Shown here piece after piece: positions 12,984 to 26,069 of a stretch of 64,000 nt of DNA. The stretch covers positions 1,145,103 to 1,209,102 of the forward strand of contig MU053520.1 in NCBI GenBank assembly GCA_013239625.1, read 5' to 3'. The notes below the pieces were generated by a model. That model was not told where the DNA came from, made no database searches, and worked only from the letters and a program-made list of their open reading frames with translations. The position numbers and the translations under genes were made by a program. Within the stretch, counting starts at the first letter, position 1. Every line of letters starts with the position of its first letter. This DNA is from Lama guanicoe. Lineage: Eukaryota.

Positions 12984-15189
12984 TCTTTAGAAATTTCTTT
13001 CTTTCTTTTTTAAGAAACACTTTAATGCCTCAAAATCACAATTTCAGGGTTGACACTTCAGAGTCACCTGTTCCAACTAGCTCTCCTCCAGGAACATGGG
13101 GCAGGCTTGGGCACTCAAGGCCCTCCTTGTCTCATGCTGAGGCAGGAGAACTCATCCATAGAAAGTAGAGGGTGACAGTTCTACTCTCCCCACAGGGTCT
13201 TTGAAAGGAATAAGTATGACAACATAAATGGGATGTTTCATAAAAAGTGACACACTGTACAAATGTATGGATTTGGTACCACTGTAACACATGGCCACCT
13301 CATGCTAACAATATATTTATCCTATGCTTTACTCTGTTGGGCTCCCTGGCAAAGAAACAGTATAAAATGATTTTTTTAAAGCTTTGCCCAATTGCTCATC
13401 TCTTTCCAACCAGAACAATGTTTTCTGCCATACTCTAGAGAACCCATTAGCTAAACACAAAGTATTATCTACCCCCAAATTACTGTTAAATGCTATTTAC
13501 CCTCCAATCTCCTGATTCTATTCATCTGACATCACTTTATGGATCTCTGGCAAATAGCACAGTTCAAGTGTACCAACACAGGGGGGTGGATTTGAATAAT
13601 TGCATGTTTATGTTCAAGAAGAATGTAATAAAATATTTACAAATCCAGTTTCCTTTCCAAGAGAAGTACACTGTTCTATGTTAAAGGCAATGGGCTGGTT
13701 GCAGATTGCCTTCTGCATTCTAATGATAGCATTTAGGAAAGTAATAACAGGGCTTTAGGTAGAGATTTTGTGCAACTTTCTGGAATGTAGATACTTGAAC
13801 GTAGCATACTAGCAGATTTAAGCAAATTCATGAGGCTTCAAACTTAATATCTGAAACACTGGCAAGTGCCAGATCTTTTGTTTCACTCTGTTAGTAAATG
13901 TAACAGATGGTTTGCAAACATGTTTGGGATCTGAAGGCTGACTGATCATGTCAGTCTGATAGAAATAGAATGCAGCCATTTACCACATCAGAATGTGAGA
14001 AATGGAAAGCTTCAAAATTAAACCTTTAAAGAGAGCAACTTTCTCACTGGGGCTGACTAACAAAAAAGAACACTGAGTTTCAACTGCTTGTCACCTCATC
14101 ACTAACTTTTGAGTTTTTCCTTTTATTTGATGCCAATATGGAATATTAGAATAAAGGTCTGTCTGTCACCTTCCAAAAAATAAATTAAGAAAAAAATGTG
14201 AATCTTTGATGCAATAGTTAAATCAACAGAAATAGAGTTCTGTTGCCATGGCAATGCTTATGCTCTCCCCAAATCCCGTAATTCAACTTCTTCTCAGTGA
14301 ATCCCGCTAAATAAGAGACATCATTTTGTCTCTCTTCTTTAGTCTGTACACGAGAACACTATTAACCTGGCAGAAAGCAGTGTTAATAGCTGGGCTCCTC
14401 TATCTGCCTGACTTCCACCTCCAACCTTCCCATCACGGCACCGATGCGTAACGTAGGTCAGCCAGGACCGAAGAGTGTTTCTTCTATTACCAAGAATGCG
14501 TGTGATAATATATTTAGCTTTATTTTTGCACCAGTCTGAGGAAGAGGTTTGAGCAAGACAACTTCCCCAGTCAGAGGCTTGGAAATGGCAGGGTCAATGC
14601 CAAGTTTATCGGGAGTTTCCAACTGAGAAGATGCACACATCTCAAGTCACTCCAGGAAGACTGCTGCTAAATGGTTATTTACTATTGGATGCCTTCAAAA
14701 CGGGGATGCCAGGAGAAGCATGGGGTAGCTCTTGAAGCACACTGTACATACTTTCCTTTATCTTCATCCAACAAGTTGAACTGAGGACTTCCTCCATGCC
14801 AGGTACTATGCTGGCTGTGGAAGATACAAATGAACAGATCGACAGCATCTATCTATCATAGAGTCTACATCCAACAGGCCCCAGGGAGATCTCTCTGAGG
14901 GGTCACACTTGGGCTGAGCCTGGCTACCCCTAACGAGGAGCACCATTTTGTGCATGTCCCTGCAGTAACCTCTCATTTCATCTTCAGCTTTTCTCTAGGA
15001 TGAACACACCCTCAACTGGAGAAACTGAGATACAGAGCAGCTCCAATATACCTGGCTATTGAGCAGTACTCAGAGAAGCAAGGGTGAGATCAAATGCAAA
15101 GAATCAGACAGCTAACGGTTCAAACCCCAGCTCAGCCACTAGTTGTGTAATTACTGAACTTACCTGAGCTTGAGCAGCCCTGACCTGAA

Positions 15190-15430
15190 GCTTTACCATC
15201 CCTAATACTATAGTGTGCATTTCTTACAAGTAAAAGCATTGAGCTGTCATGACCACAGCATAATCATCAGAAACAGGAAATTAATTAACACTGATAAATT
15301 GTCATTTCACCTTCAGACCACAAGTTTCACCGAATGTCCCAGTAATGTGCTTTACAACAACAGGGTACTGTTCAAAAACCATATATTTCATTTTGTTGCC
15401 ATGTCACTTTAGGGCCCTTCGGTTTGGAGC
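15190..15430 (-). mobile_element. L1MC-like 3' fragment
   Basis: Resembles the L1MC4-type 3' region (recognised from memory). Confidence 0.45.
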
Positions 15431-15847
15431 AGTTCCTCAGGAGGAAGGCTATGTTAAACACTCCTCTGCTTGGGTCCAAAGATATCCACTTTGGATCTCT
15501 AAGCTTCTTAGCAGAAAAACGACTCTGAACTTGTCCAGAGGAGCACAAGCTCTATCTTGCTTTGCCCATCTCCACTTCCCAGTCCTGCAGATGACCCCCC
15601 AAATTCTCCTTATCCACAAGTAACTTTGTGCTTTCGTTTCCAGCTTATCTCTGGGTGTGTTCATTCACTTGGCATCTCTGTCTATCCCTTGTCTACTTGT
15701 GTATAATAGACCTTATTTATTGATGCATGTAAACACTGTCTTAACATGTCACATAGGGCTTGCTGACACTTTTGCAGTGTCTTAGGCTATTTTTACACCC
15801 TAAATTAGACCTTGTTACCAATACAGAGATAGAAAGCCTCTCCTTCA

Positions 15848-15848
15848 T

Positions 15849-15876
<28 letters not shown>
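15848..15876. repeat. (CA)n microsatellite
   Basis: Direct sequence inspection. Confidence 0.95.
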
Positions 15877-15879
<3 letters not shown>

Positions 15880-16194
15880 TTTCTAAGTTTCATAGTAGCT
15901 GACCATAGAGAATTCTGCCATAACTCACTTCTTCATTCACACATACTTTTAACACATATGTGTAACCATCAGTCCTTCCAAGGCCCAGGGGTAAACATTG
16001 GATTTAGACACATGAATCAAATTGAACTCCAGTTCAGCATCTGCTGAGGTTCAGTGGCAAAGCTGAACATATCAGCAAATAATGACCATTTATTGAATTG
16101 CTGCTTGCTTTTCCCCTATTGATTTGTCTGTTCAAGTCTCTTACATTGACAAAGAGTGGGACCAAAGAAATGCATGCATTTTCTATTTTACTTC

Positions 16195-17040
16195 ATTTTT
16201 TTAAAGTCTTTATCCTTTTAGAGCAGTTTAGGTTTACAACAAAACTAAGAGGAAGGCACAGAGATTTCATATACCTCTTGCTCCTACACATGTGTAGCTC
16301 CCCCATTATGAACATCACTCACCAGAATGGTATATTTTTTTACCAAGGGTGAACCTACACCATTATCACTCAAATTCCACTATGTTAGGATTTGTTCTTG
16401 GTGGTGTATATTCTATGGGTTTGCACAAAAGTATAATGTCATATATCAATAATTATATCATGCAGAGTACTTTTATTGCCTTAAAGATTCTCTGCTTTCA
16501 CCTACTCACCTCTCCTTCCACCTCACCTCAGTCAACCACTGATCTTTGTATTGTCTCCATAGTTTTGCCTTTTCCAGAACATCATAGAATCATACAGTAT
16601 GTATCTTTTCCAGATTGACTTCTTTCTCTTAGTAATATGTGTTTAAGTTTCTCCATGTCTTTTCATGGCTTGATGGGTCGTTTCTCTTTAGTGCCAAATA
16701 ATATCTCATTATATGGGTGTACCACAGTTTATCCACTCACCTCTTGAAGGACACCTTAGTTGCTTTCAAGATCTGGAAATTATTAATAAAGCTTCTATAA
16801 ATATCCATGTGCAGGCTTTTTGTGGACATACTTTTAAAACTCCTTGGGGTGAATATTAAGCAGAATGATTGCTGGATCATACAGTTAAGAGTATAGTTAG
16901 TTTTGTAAGAAACCACCAAATTATCTTCCAAAGTGTCTGTACCATTTTGCATTAACACCAGTAAAGTATGAGAGTTCCTGTTTTTCTCACCAGCATTTGA
17001 TTTTCTCAGTGTTCCAGATTTTAGCTATTCTAAAAGATAT
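16195..17040 (-). mobile_element. L1MC-like 3' region
   Basis: TTTAGAGCAGTTTAGGTTTACA 3' end. ORF 16737-16958 is degenerate ORF2 C-terminus. Confidence 0.75.
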
Positions 17041-17059
17041 TTATTGTATCTTTCTTTTA

Positions 17060-17865
17060 TTTTTAAATATAGCCTGTGTGTTAAAAGTTACATAAGGCAT
17101 AACATCATTTTAGTGAATAAATATAAACACTGATGTTCCCATTAATTTTATAAAGAAACAGAACATAGCTAATTCTCCACAAGACTCCAGGCTTCCCACT
17201 CCTCATCCCCACAGAAGTAACTATTATCATGGCATTAAAATGGGTTGCTAAAAAATAAAAATAAATAAATAAATAAAATGGGTTGCTTTTTCACTTTTTC
17301 AGGGATTTATCAGCAACCAATGCATCACTGAAAAGTTGTTCCCTATTTTAAACTTTATATTAATGAAATCATAGTGCATGCATTCGTCTTACTCTTGCTT
17401 CTTCTATTCAACATAATTTGTATGATTCATTGATGTTGCTGTTCATGATTGTAGTTTGTTCATGTCGTTGATGTAAAATATTCTATGGTTGGAATATACT
17501 TTGATGTAATTTTCTTTTCCCCTGTTAAAAGATATTTGAGTTGTTTCCAATCCGGGACTATTATGAATATGGCTGTAAATATTCTTTTGCTTACAATCTG
17601 ATGCAAAACCTGCTGCATGAATGCCTCTATATTTAGAATTGTATATACTGGGTTCTTGATCATATATTCAACATTACCAGAAAATACCTATTTTCAAAAG
17701 CAATGGATATTTGTACTGCCATTAGCAATGTTAAATAATTCTCATTATTCCACATTCTCATCAATGCTTGGCATTGTCAGGCTTTTAAAATGTTGTTTTG
17801 ATGGATGTGTAATGATACTTTGCTGTGTTTTTAATTTACTTTCCCTTGATTGCTTAGGAAGTTAA
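17060..17865 (-). mobile_element. L1ME-like fragment
   Basis: Degenerate antisense ORF2 C-terminus (IFTAIFIIVPDWKQLKY). Confidence 0.6.
17250..17274 (+). mobile_element. Orphan A-rich tail insertion flanked by a TSD
   Basis: 13-bp direct repeat AAAATGGGTTGCT (17237-17249 and 17275-17287) at a TT/AAAA site. Confidence 0.7.
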
Positions 17866-19939
17866 ACACCAATCCATGTACTCTTTCAAATGTTGGCCAT
17901 TAAGGCTAAAATGGTCACTTCTAATCTGATGTTGAATAAGCAAGTGTTCAGCGGTAGGCTTGTGGAAAAGTTACTGTTGAAAAAGAAAAATCCCTCATCA
18001 TTCTTAAGAATGAGAAAAAGATAATATCCTTTAATATAATTTTAATATTAAAACTTTTATCTTAAAGTGGCTTCATCAGCAAGATTGGGTATTCATCAAA
18101 TATGAAGTTTATATGATGTGTGTAGTCAGATAAGCCAAGAGACTACATTAGATACAAAGTAATTGTAAGAAAATAAAAATGCAATAGTAGAATAAAAAAG
18201 GTACATTGTAGGTAGCAAAGAACAGAACTGGCATTTGGAAAATTAAGTTGGTGGCGTCTGTTCACAAAGAAAGACGAGCAGAGTGCAAAGCCCTGTCAGC
18301 CCCCTTGCTCACATCTGTGCTCCTCCGTTCACTTGGGTCCCAGCCCCTTGACCTGTTCTCTGTTGCTCTGGCTTTTACCAGTGTGTATGACCGCAGCACT
18401 AAAGTCCCTTTTGGCTTGTGCTTTAAAAAAAAAAATTCCATTTGTTAAAAACTCCTACGTGTTACCCATCCCCCACCAGTCAACTTCCAATTATACTTGT
18501 TCCAATTTCTTTACCAGAACGTCTCTTACTAACCATCTGTTATGGCTTCATTCTGTTAGTGTTTTCCATCCCGCCTTCTGTCCACTGAATCATTCATTAC
18601 ATGTATTTACGTCCATATTTTTGACCTAATATTTTTCAGGAATCTGGCAACCTTGACCAAGAGCTAAAATTTGATGCATATTGTTAATTACTCTCCAAAG
18701 TTAAACAAATTCTGCATAAGAAATAATGATCTTCTTTAATGTTTGTTGTAAGATTTCTGGCATGCCTAGGACTTAGTTTAAAAATTGGTAATGCAGCTCT
18801 CCCTCACTAGTTATTTCTGAGCTATTTCTGACTTAAGAATAAATGTTAAGAGTCTGAATGTTTGTGACTTAAAGGCATTCTTGTCCTAAAGTAGCGTTAG
18901 TGACATTGTTCTAGTTAACTTCAAGTACATAATTTTAATGGGTATTTTTAAAGATAGGCAAAGCATATATAAGTGCATTTACCTGTATCTGTGTTCATTT
19001 CAGGACTTTCAACGCAAGTAGTTCTTAAGATATTTATTTGACTCATATTCCAGAGGGAAATGAAGCCCTGAAGTATCTTTACTTTTTGTTTTTTGCTGTT
19101 GTTTTGTTTTCTATTCACACATTTGTATTAGAAGTGTTTTCTTATCTAAGTCAGCTAATTAGCCAGAAAAGGACAGGTAAATGCTGTGAAAATATTGATG
19201 TGTTGCTTGGAGACCTTTTCTCAAAGGACACTGTTCAAATTCATTGCATATAGGCTTTTTTGTTGTTGTTGATTGGAATGACATGAAAGCACAGACCACG
19301 TGCAACTTTAGAGTGAGTTTCTAATCCAGCTGGGCTTCAGCAGATGTGGCTTGGTTTAGTTCATCATCGTTTAGTTTACTGTTGGTGTCAGCTTGCGAGG
19401 AAGTGCTCTGGGTTGGGGGAGAGCAGGGACGTCACTGACGATGTTGGCTGTGTGGCCATGTCTTGGAGAACTGGTCTCAACGCTGCCAGGTATTCTCTGG
19501 GAGAAGCCTGACAATAGCTTTATCTCTTGGTCCCTATTTCCTAATTGGGATATTGGGGAAAATACACTAAATGAGCACCGTGGAACGTTGGGAGGGTGCT
19601 TTCTTATTGAATATTTATTTGAATGTCACTCCTATCCACAGAGCCACGTCTTATCACAGAACATCACTTAATCTAGCTGATTTTAGGCTGGATATTATCA
19701 TCAAAGACTACTGTCATCCTTTCACCGTAATCTAAACTATCTCTGGAGAAGGATACTCACTAACTTGCAAAATCAGTTCAAACGATAACCCTTTACTGTA
19801 AAGCTTCTATATAGCTAATTCCGATTTCTTGCATTTATAATTCATGCTTGTTTTTTCATATTCTATCCATAGTGAAAGGAGAAAGTAAGAATTTAAAGTT
19901 GTGTCTGATGTTGCTGCATAAAACATGAATTTTTAACAT

Positions 19940-20620
19940 GGGAAAAAATTATAAATAATACAAAGGCAAAATACAAGCTGAGAAAAATATTTTGAATTCA
20001 TATCACAAAGAATTGTTTTCCTTCATATATAAAGATTGATCTTGTGAGTCCTTGAGAAAACACCAATAGTCCAAAACATAGGTGAGCAAAGGATCTAAGC
20101 AGAAAGTTAAGAGAAAAGAAAATATAAATCATTCTGAAATATATGGAAAGATGCTCAGATTCACTCTAAGATGCAAGTCAAAAGAATACTGAGACACCAT
20201 TTTTCACCTTTGAGAGTGGCAAACATTTTAAAAAAGATAATGTACTGGACTGAGGAGAGGTGGAAAATAGTCATTTCTTACACTGTAGGGTTAGGGGTTA
20301 TAAATTGTTACAGCTCTTGCAAAAGGCAATTTGGCACATACCTTTTGACACAGAAATTCCATTTCTTGGGATCTTACCAGTATACTAGGACATATATACA
20401 ATGATACATACACAGAGTTATTAATTGCAACACTTTTCTGTGTAGCAAAAAATTCAAAATATCTTAAGTGCCTTTTAGTATAATACTGGTTTAAAAAAAT
20501 GGGGAAGATTTTGGATATTGCCACAAAAAAATCCCCAATATATTTTAATAAAACAAAGCAAGGTACAGAACAATATTTATAATATGATACTATAACTTGG
20601 GTCTAAAAGAGTGAACTATA
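19940..20620 (+). mobile_element. L1ME-like fragment
   Basis: Degenerate ORF2 C-terminus (MQVKRILRHHFSPLRVA). Confidence 0.65.
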
Positions 20621-20751
20621 TATATATTTTTTCTTATATTCTTATATCACATTATAGTTTATAATAACAAACTTGAATAACCTGTTCAACAGCGGGGCAT
20701 TAAGTCAACTACAGCACATCCACTGCAACAGAAAACTCCACAATTGTGATA

Positions 20752-20921
20752 CAGTCAGCCCTTTCTGTCTGTGGGCACCACCTCCTCTGATTCAACAAGT
20801 TACAGAATACAGACAGAGGATGGTACTACACCATTTCATGGACGGGATCTGAGTATTTGCGGATTTGGATATGCAAGGGGCTGTCCTGGAAGAATGCCCC
20901 AGGGATACTAAGGGACGACTC
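20752..20921. mobile_element. MER2/Tigger-family MITE (internally deleted)
   Basis: TA-flanked terminal inverted repeats CAGTCAGCCCT...AGGGACGACT. Confidence 0.75.
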
Positions 20922-20988
20922 TATATGTTGATGAAGGTTGATGTGGATGCAAATTTATAACAATAAAAGGTTTTTAGAATTCATTCTT

Positions 20989-23920
20989 TTTTTTTTAACA
21001 TTTTTTATTGATTTATAATCATTTTATAATGTTGTGTCAAATTCCAGTGTACAGCACAATTTTTCAGTCATTCATGGACATATACACACTCATTGTCACA
21101 TTTTTTTCTCTGTGATTTATCATAACATTTTGTGTATGTTTCCCTGTGCTATACAGTGTAATCTTGTTTATCTATTCTACAATTTTGAAATCCCAGTCTA
21201 TCCCTTCCCACCCTCTACCCCCCTGGTAACCACAAGTCTGTATTCTCTGTCCATGAGTCTTTAGATTCCACATATGAGCGATCTCATATGGTATTTTTCT
21301 TTCTCTTTCTGGCTTACTTCACTTAGAATGACATTCTCTAGGAGCATCCATGTTGCTGCAAATGGCGTTATGTTGTCGGTTTTTATGGCTGAGTAGTATT
21401 CCATTGTATAAATATACCACCTCTTCTTTATCCAGTCACCTGTTGATGGACATTTAGGCTGTTTCCATGTTTTGGCTATTGTAAATAGTGCTGCTATGAA
21501 CATTGGAGTGCAGGTGTCATCCTGAAGTAGATTTCCTTCTGGATACAAGCCCAGGAGTGGGATTCCTGGGTCATACGGTAAGTCTATTCCTAGTCTTTTG
21601 AGGAATCTCCACACTGTTTTCCATAGTGGCTGCACCAAACTGCATTCCCACCAGCAGTGTAGGAGGGTTCCCCTTTCTCCACAGCCTCTCCAGCATTTGT
21701 CATTTTTGGATTTTTGAATGACGGCCATTCTGACTGGTGTGAGGTGATACCTCATTGTAGTTTTGATTTGCATTTCTCTGATAATTAGTGATATTGAACA
21801 TTTTTTCATGTGCTTTTTGATCATTTGTATGTCTTCCTTGGAGAATTGCTTGTTTAGGTCTTCTGCCCATTTTTGGATTGGGTTGTTTATTTTTTTCTTA
21901 TTGAGTCGTATGAGCTGCTTATATATTTTGGAGATCAAGCCTTTGTCGGTTTCACTTGCAAAAATTTTCTCCCATTCCGTAGGTTTTCTTCTTGTTTTAT
22001 TTCTGGTTTCCTTTGCTCTGCAGAAGCTTGTAAGTTTCATTAGGTCCCATTTGTTTATTCTTGCTTTTATTTCTTCTAGGAGAAAATTTTTGAAATGTAT
22101 GTCAGATAATGTTTTGCCTATGTTTTCCTCTAGGAGGTTTATTGTATCTTGTCTTATGTTTAAGTCTTTAATCCATTTTGAGTTGATTTTTGTATATGGT
22201 GTAAGGGTGTGTTCTAGCTTCATTGTTTTACATGCTGCTGTCCAGTTTTCCCAACACCATTTGCTGAAGAGACTGTCTTTATTCCATTGTATATTCTTGC
22301 CTCCTTTGTCGAAGATGAGTTGACCAAAAGTTTGTGGGTTCATTTCTGGGCTCTCTATTCTGTTCCATTGGTCTATATGTCTGTTTTGGTACCAATACCA
22401 TGCTGTCTTGATGACTGTAGCTCTATAGTATTGTCTGAAGTCTGGGAGAGTTATTCCTCCAGCCTCTTTCTTTCTCTTCAGTAATGCTTTAGCAATTCTA
22501 GGTCTTTGATGGTTCCATATAAATTTTATTATGATTTGTTCTAGTTCTGTGAAATATGTCCTGGGTAATTGGATAGGGATTGCATTAAATCTGTAGATTG
22601 CCTTGGGCAGTGTGACCATTTTAACAATATTGATTCTTCCAATCCAAGAGCATGGAATATCTTTCCATTTTTTAAAGTCTTCTTTAATTTCCTTCATCAA
22701 TGGTTTATAGTTTTCTGTGTATAATTCTTTCACCTCCTTGGTTAGATTTATTCCCAGATATTTTATTACTTTGGGTGCTATTTTAAAGGGGATTGTTTCT
22801 TTACTTTCTTTTTCTGTTGATTTATCGTTAGTGTAAAGAAATGCAACTGATTTTTGAACATTAATTTTGTAACCTGCTACCTTGCTGAATTCTTCAATCA
22901 GCTCTAGTAGCTTTTGTGTGGACCTTTTAGGGTTTTCTATATATAGTAACATGTCATCAGCATATAATGACACTTTTACCTCTTCTTTTCCAATTTGGAT
23001 CCCTTTTATTTCTTTCTCTTGCCTGATTGCTGTGGCTAGGACTTCCAGGACTATGTTGAATAGGAGTGGTGATAGTGGGCATCCTTGTCTTGTCCCAGAT
23101 TTTAGTGGGAAGCTTTTGAGTTTTTCACCGTTGAGAACTATGCTGGCTGTAGGTTTGTCATATATAGCTTTTATTATGTTGAGATATGTTCCCTCTATAC
23201 CCACTTTGGCGAGAGTTTTTATCATAAATGGGTGTTGAATTTTATCAAATGCTTTTTCTGCATCGATTGAGATGATCATGTGGTTTTTGTCCTTTCTCTT
23301 GTTGATGTGATGTATTACATTGATTGATTTGCGTATGTTGAACCAGCCTTGTGTCCCTGGGATGAACCCCACTTGGTCATGATGTATAATCTTTTTTATG
23401 TGTTGTTGGATTCTATTTGCTAAAATTTTGGTGAGGATTTTGGCGTCTATGTTCATCAGTGATATTGGCCTATAATTCTCTTTTTTTGTAGTGTCTTTGC
23501 CTGGTTTTGGTATCAGGGTGATGGTGGCTTCATAGAATGAGTTTGGGAGTATTCCCTCCTTTTCAATCGTCTGGAAGAGTTTGAGAAGGACTGGTATGAG
23601 TTCTTCTTTGTATGTTTGGTAGAATTCCCCGGTGAAGCCGTCCGGTCCTGGACTTTTATTTGTAGGGAGGTTTTTAATTGCTATTTCTATTTCCTTTCTA
23701 GTGATCGGATTGTTCAAGTGTTCAGTTTCTTCTTGATTCAGTTTTGGTGGACAGTATGTTTCCAGAAACTTGTCCATCTCCTCTAGGTTATCCAGTTTGG
23801 TTCCATATAGTTTTTCATAATATTCTTGTATGATATTCTGTATTTCTATTTTGTTTGTTGTAATTTCTCCATTTTCCTTTCTTATTTTGCTAATTTGTGC
23901 TCTCTCTTTTTTCTTCTTTG
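20989..23920 (-). mobile_element. Young 5'-truncated camelid LINE-1
   Basis: 14-bp TSD TAGAATTCATTCTT (20975-20988 and 23921-23934), poly-A tail, TT/AAGA target site, uninterrupted ORF2. Confidence 0.97.
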
Positions 23921-23930
23921 TAGAATTCAT
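21261..23930 (-). CDS. ORF2: LINE-1 ORF2p remnant: Z domain, reverse transcriptase and C-terminal CCHC; endonuclease absent
   Basis: 889-codon open frame with [29 protein letters not shown] and [18 protein letters not shown]. The first codons come from the TSD. Confidence 0.93.
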   Translation of the reverse strand: MNSTKKKKERAQISKIRKENGEITTNKIEIQNIIQEYYEKLYGTKLDNLEEMDKFLETYCPPKLNQEETEHLNNPITRKEIEIAIKNLPTNKSPGPDGFTGEFYQTYKEELIPVLLKLFQTIEKEGILPNSFYEATITLIPKPGKDTTKKENYRPISLMNIDAKILTKILANRIQQHIKKIIHHDQVGFIPGTQGWFNIRKSINVIHHINKRKDKNHMIISIDAEKAFDKIQHPFMIKTLAKVGIEGTYLNIIKAIYDKPTASIVLNGEKLKSFPLKSGTRQGCPLSPLLFNIVLEVLATAIRQEKEIKGIQIGKEEVKVSLYADDMLLYIENPKRSTQKLLELIEEFSKVAGYKINVQKSVAFLYTNDKSTEKESKETIPFKIAPKVIKYLGINLTKEVKELYTENYKPLMKEIKEDFKKWKDIPCSWIGRINIVKMVTLPKAIYRFNAIPIQLPRTYFTELEQIIIKFIWNHQRPRIAKALLKRKKEAGGITLPDFRQYYRATVIKTAWYWYQNRHIDQWNRIESPEMNPQTFGQLIFDKGGKNIQWNKDSLFSKWCWENWTAACKTMKLEHTLTPYTKINSKWIKDLNIRQDTINLLEENIGKTLSDIHFKNFLLEEIKARINKWDLMKLTSFCRAKETRNKTRRKPTEWEKIFASETDKGLISKIYKQLIRLNKKKINNPIQKWAEDLNKQFSKEDIQMIKKHMKKCSISLIIREMQIKTTMRYHLTPVRMAVIQKSKNDKCWRGCGERGTLLHCWWECSLVQPLWKTVWRFLKRLGIDLPYDPGIPLLGLYPEGNLLQDDTCTPMFIAALFTIAKTWKQPKCPSTGDWIKKRWYIYTMEYYSAIKTDNITPFAATWMLLENVILSEVSQKEKEKYHMRSLICGI

Positions 23931-24007
23931 TCTTAAGCAAAATAAAAATCACACACACATATCCTTACAAGCTCACTTGGGTTTAAACGATCAAGAATTT
24001 ACACCTG

Positions 24008-24210
24008 GAAGGTGATGTGAAGATGGAGGCAGAGATCCAGGTGATGCATCTACAAGCCCAGGAACGTCAAGATAGCCGGCAGCCACCAGAAGCCAGGAAA
24101 AATGCACAGAGCAGATTCCCAACAGACCCTCCAGAGGGAGCCAAGCCTGCCGACGCCTTGATTTTGAACTCCCGGGCTTCAGAACTATGAGGCAATAAAA
24201 TTCTGTTTAA
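24008..24210 (+). mobile_element. MLT1 (MaLR) LTR fragment
   Basis: GTGAAGATGGAGGCAGAGAT...CCACCAGAAGCCAGG...AATAAAATTCTGTTTAAG. Confidence 0.8.
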
Positions 24211-24350
24211 GAGAAAGAAAGAAATAGAAAGAGAGAGAAAGAGAGAAAGAAAGGAAGAGAGAGAGAAAGGGAGGAAGGGAGGGAAAGAGAGAGAGAGAGA
24301 GAGAGAGGAAGAAGGAAGGAAGGAAGGAAGGAAGAATCGAAGGAAGGGAA
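24208..24350. repeat. GA-rich compound simple repeat
   Basis: (GAAA)/(GA)/(GGAA) tracts. Confidence 0.95.
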
Positions 24351-26069
24351 CTTACACTTGAGTACTCCCCAAAGCACTTTACCCAGGGTTAGCATCTCAC
24401 TTGGAGCCTGCAGTTTAATAAGCTGACTTCACTGGACTATCCATTGATGTATGGAGCTGCTTACAGACTTGTCTGTTTGTCTTGAGACTACTTCTTCAGC
24501 CTCATGTGCTGTCACTATCTCCTTTAATTCATTTCGGTTTCTCAGCTCTGAACTGTTTATGGTTTCCCAAACAGGTGTTGCAATTTAGTTCCTCCACACC
24601 TTTGTATATGGCCATTCAATGCCCTTCTTTCGTCCTTCCCTGTCTGGTGATTATTTATTCATCTTTCAAACCTTTGCTCAGCTAGTGCCTCCCTCAAGAT
24701 AGCTTTCAAGATCCCCAACGTATCACCATTTTCACCTCCAAAAGAGATTGTCCTGAAAGATTATACATATTCTATTTACATCCTTTAAGTTTTTATTAAA
24801 AATATCATGAGTTTAGCACATTTTTTCTACTTATGGTGATCTTCTTGAGGGTGGAATACCGAATTTTAATTATTAATTTATCAATAATGCCTTATGTGTT
24901 ACATATCAAGAAATAAATGGACAAATTCTCCCAGAACGAAAAAGACACTGTAAAACTGAAAAGTGTAAAAATATAAAATGATTGATTTTACTTTCCTTTA
25001 TAATAAATCCTTAGAATTTAAATCTGTAAGTTAGTCAGATTGAGATATGGCCAAGCTCAGTATTAGCATCTTCCTCCCCCTAAATGGATAGCATTCATCA
25101 CACAATGATTTACTTTAATTAAATCCTTTCTATTTGAATTTTCAGCAGATGTGTTTTCAACTTCTACATTTTAGATTGATTTTTGACAAACTAAATGGCC
25201 CCATCAACTTTTTGTTGCTGTATGATGGAAGATTTCAATGTGAAAAAAAAATGCCTGGGAAAAAAAAGTAAATAAGTATGTAATAAGCTCTTTGAAAAAT
25301 TCATCTACTCAGAGGAAAATCTCAGATGTTGTGAGGGTAGAACATATGTCTGCTCTTCTTCAAAGACTAAGGAAGTTTTTAGGAAGTCCCAAGAGAGAAC
25401 TTTGATGCCTACTATTGCATTGACTCCTTCCTTTTTCTTCATTTTTTTTCCTTCCCTTTTATTTTGTCAAAAAAAAAAAAGTTGCTTTTTTCCCCTAATT
25501 CCGTGTGTGTCTATTGAAACCCTAACCATTGTAATTGAATTGTTATGGACCTTGGTTGTGAAGTTCAAGACCAGCCTAACTTCCTACTGTGGAGGTTAGT
25601 CATTTAGTATTTATCCTTGTTTACCCCAGAGTTATTACTATATCACTATTATGTATCTTACTAACTATATGTACTAAAGGGCAGGGGCTTTGCCTTGCAT
25701 ACATTTATTCCCCCAAGTGTCCTAGAAGATGTATTTGCATAGCGTGGACTCACTAAACAGGATGAAGGAATTTGAAGGAGAAAATTAAAAATCACATTGT
25801 GAGGAAGGATTAATAAACATCCAGTTTCTTTATCAGAAAAAAAGGATAGAATGGAACACAGAGGATACATAGGTGAATATTATGAGTCTTAGTACTCTGT
25901 GTAACCCAAACACTTGATTATTGATTCTCTTTCCTTTAAAAAGTCACAGATCTAGAAAGTAGAGATACGAGAACAGCCACGAGCAGTTACTGACCTGACC
26001 ACAGGACAAAGCTACCTGTACAGGTATGAGAGCAGCTGGCATTGTTAGCAGCTTCTATACCATCACAGC

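Noticed and set aside
21763..23238. Plus-strand ORFs of 186, 65 and 118 aa (also 58209-58724)
   Set aside because: Antisense shadows of L1 ORF2, a common source of spurious proteins.
20989..23920. Neighbouring L1 as the source of the transduced element at 31613
   Set aside because: It is 5'-truncated, lacks 51 nt present in the 31762 copy, and its 3' flank does not match 31622-31761.
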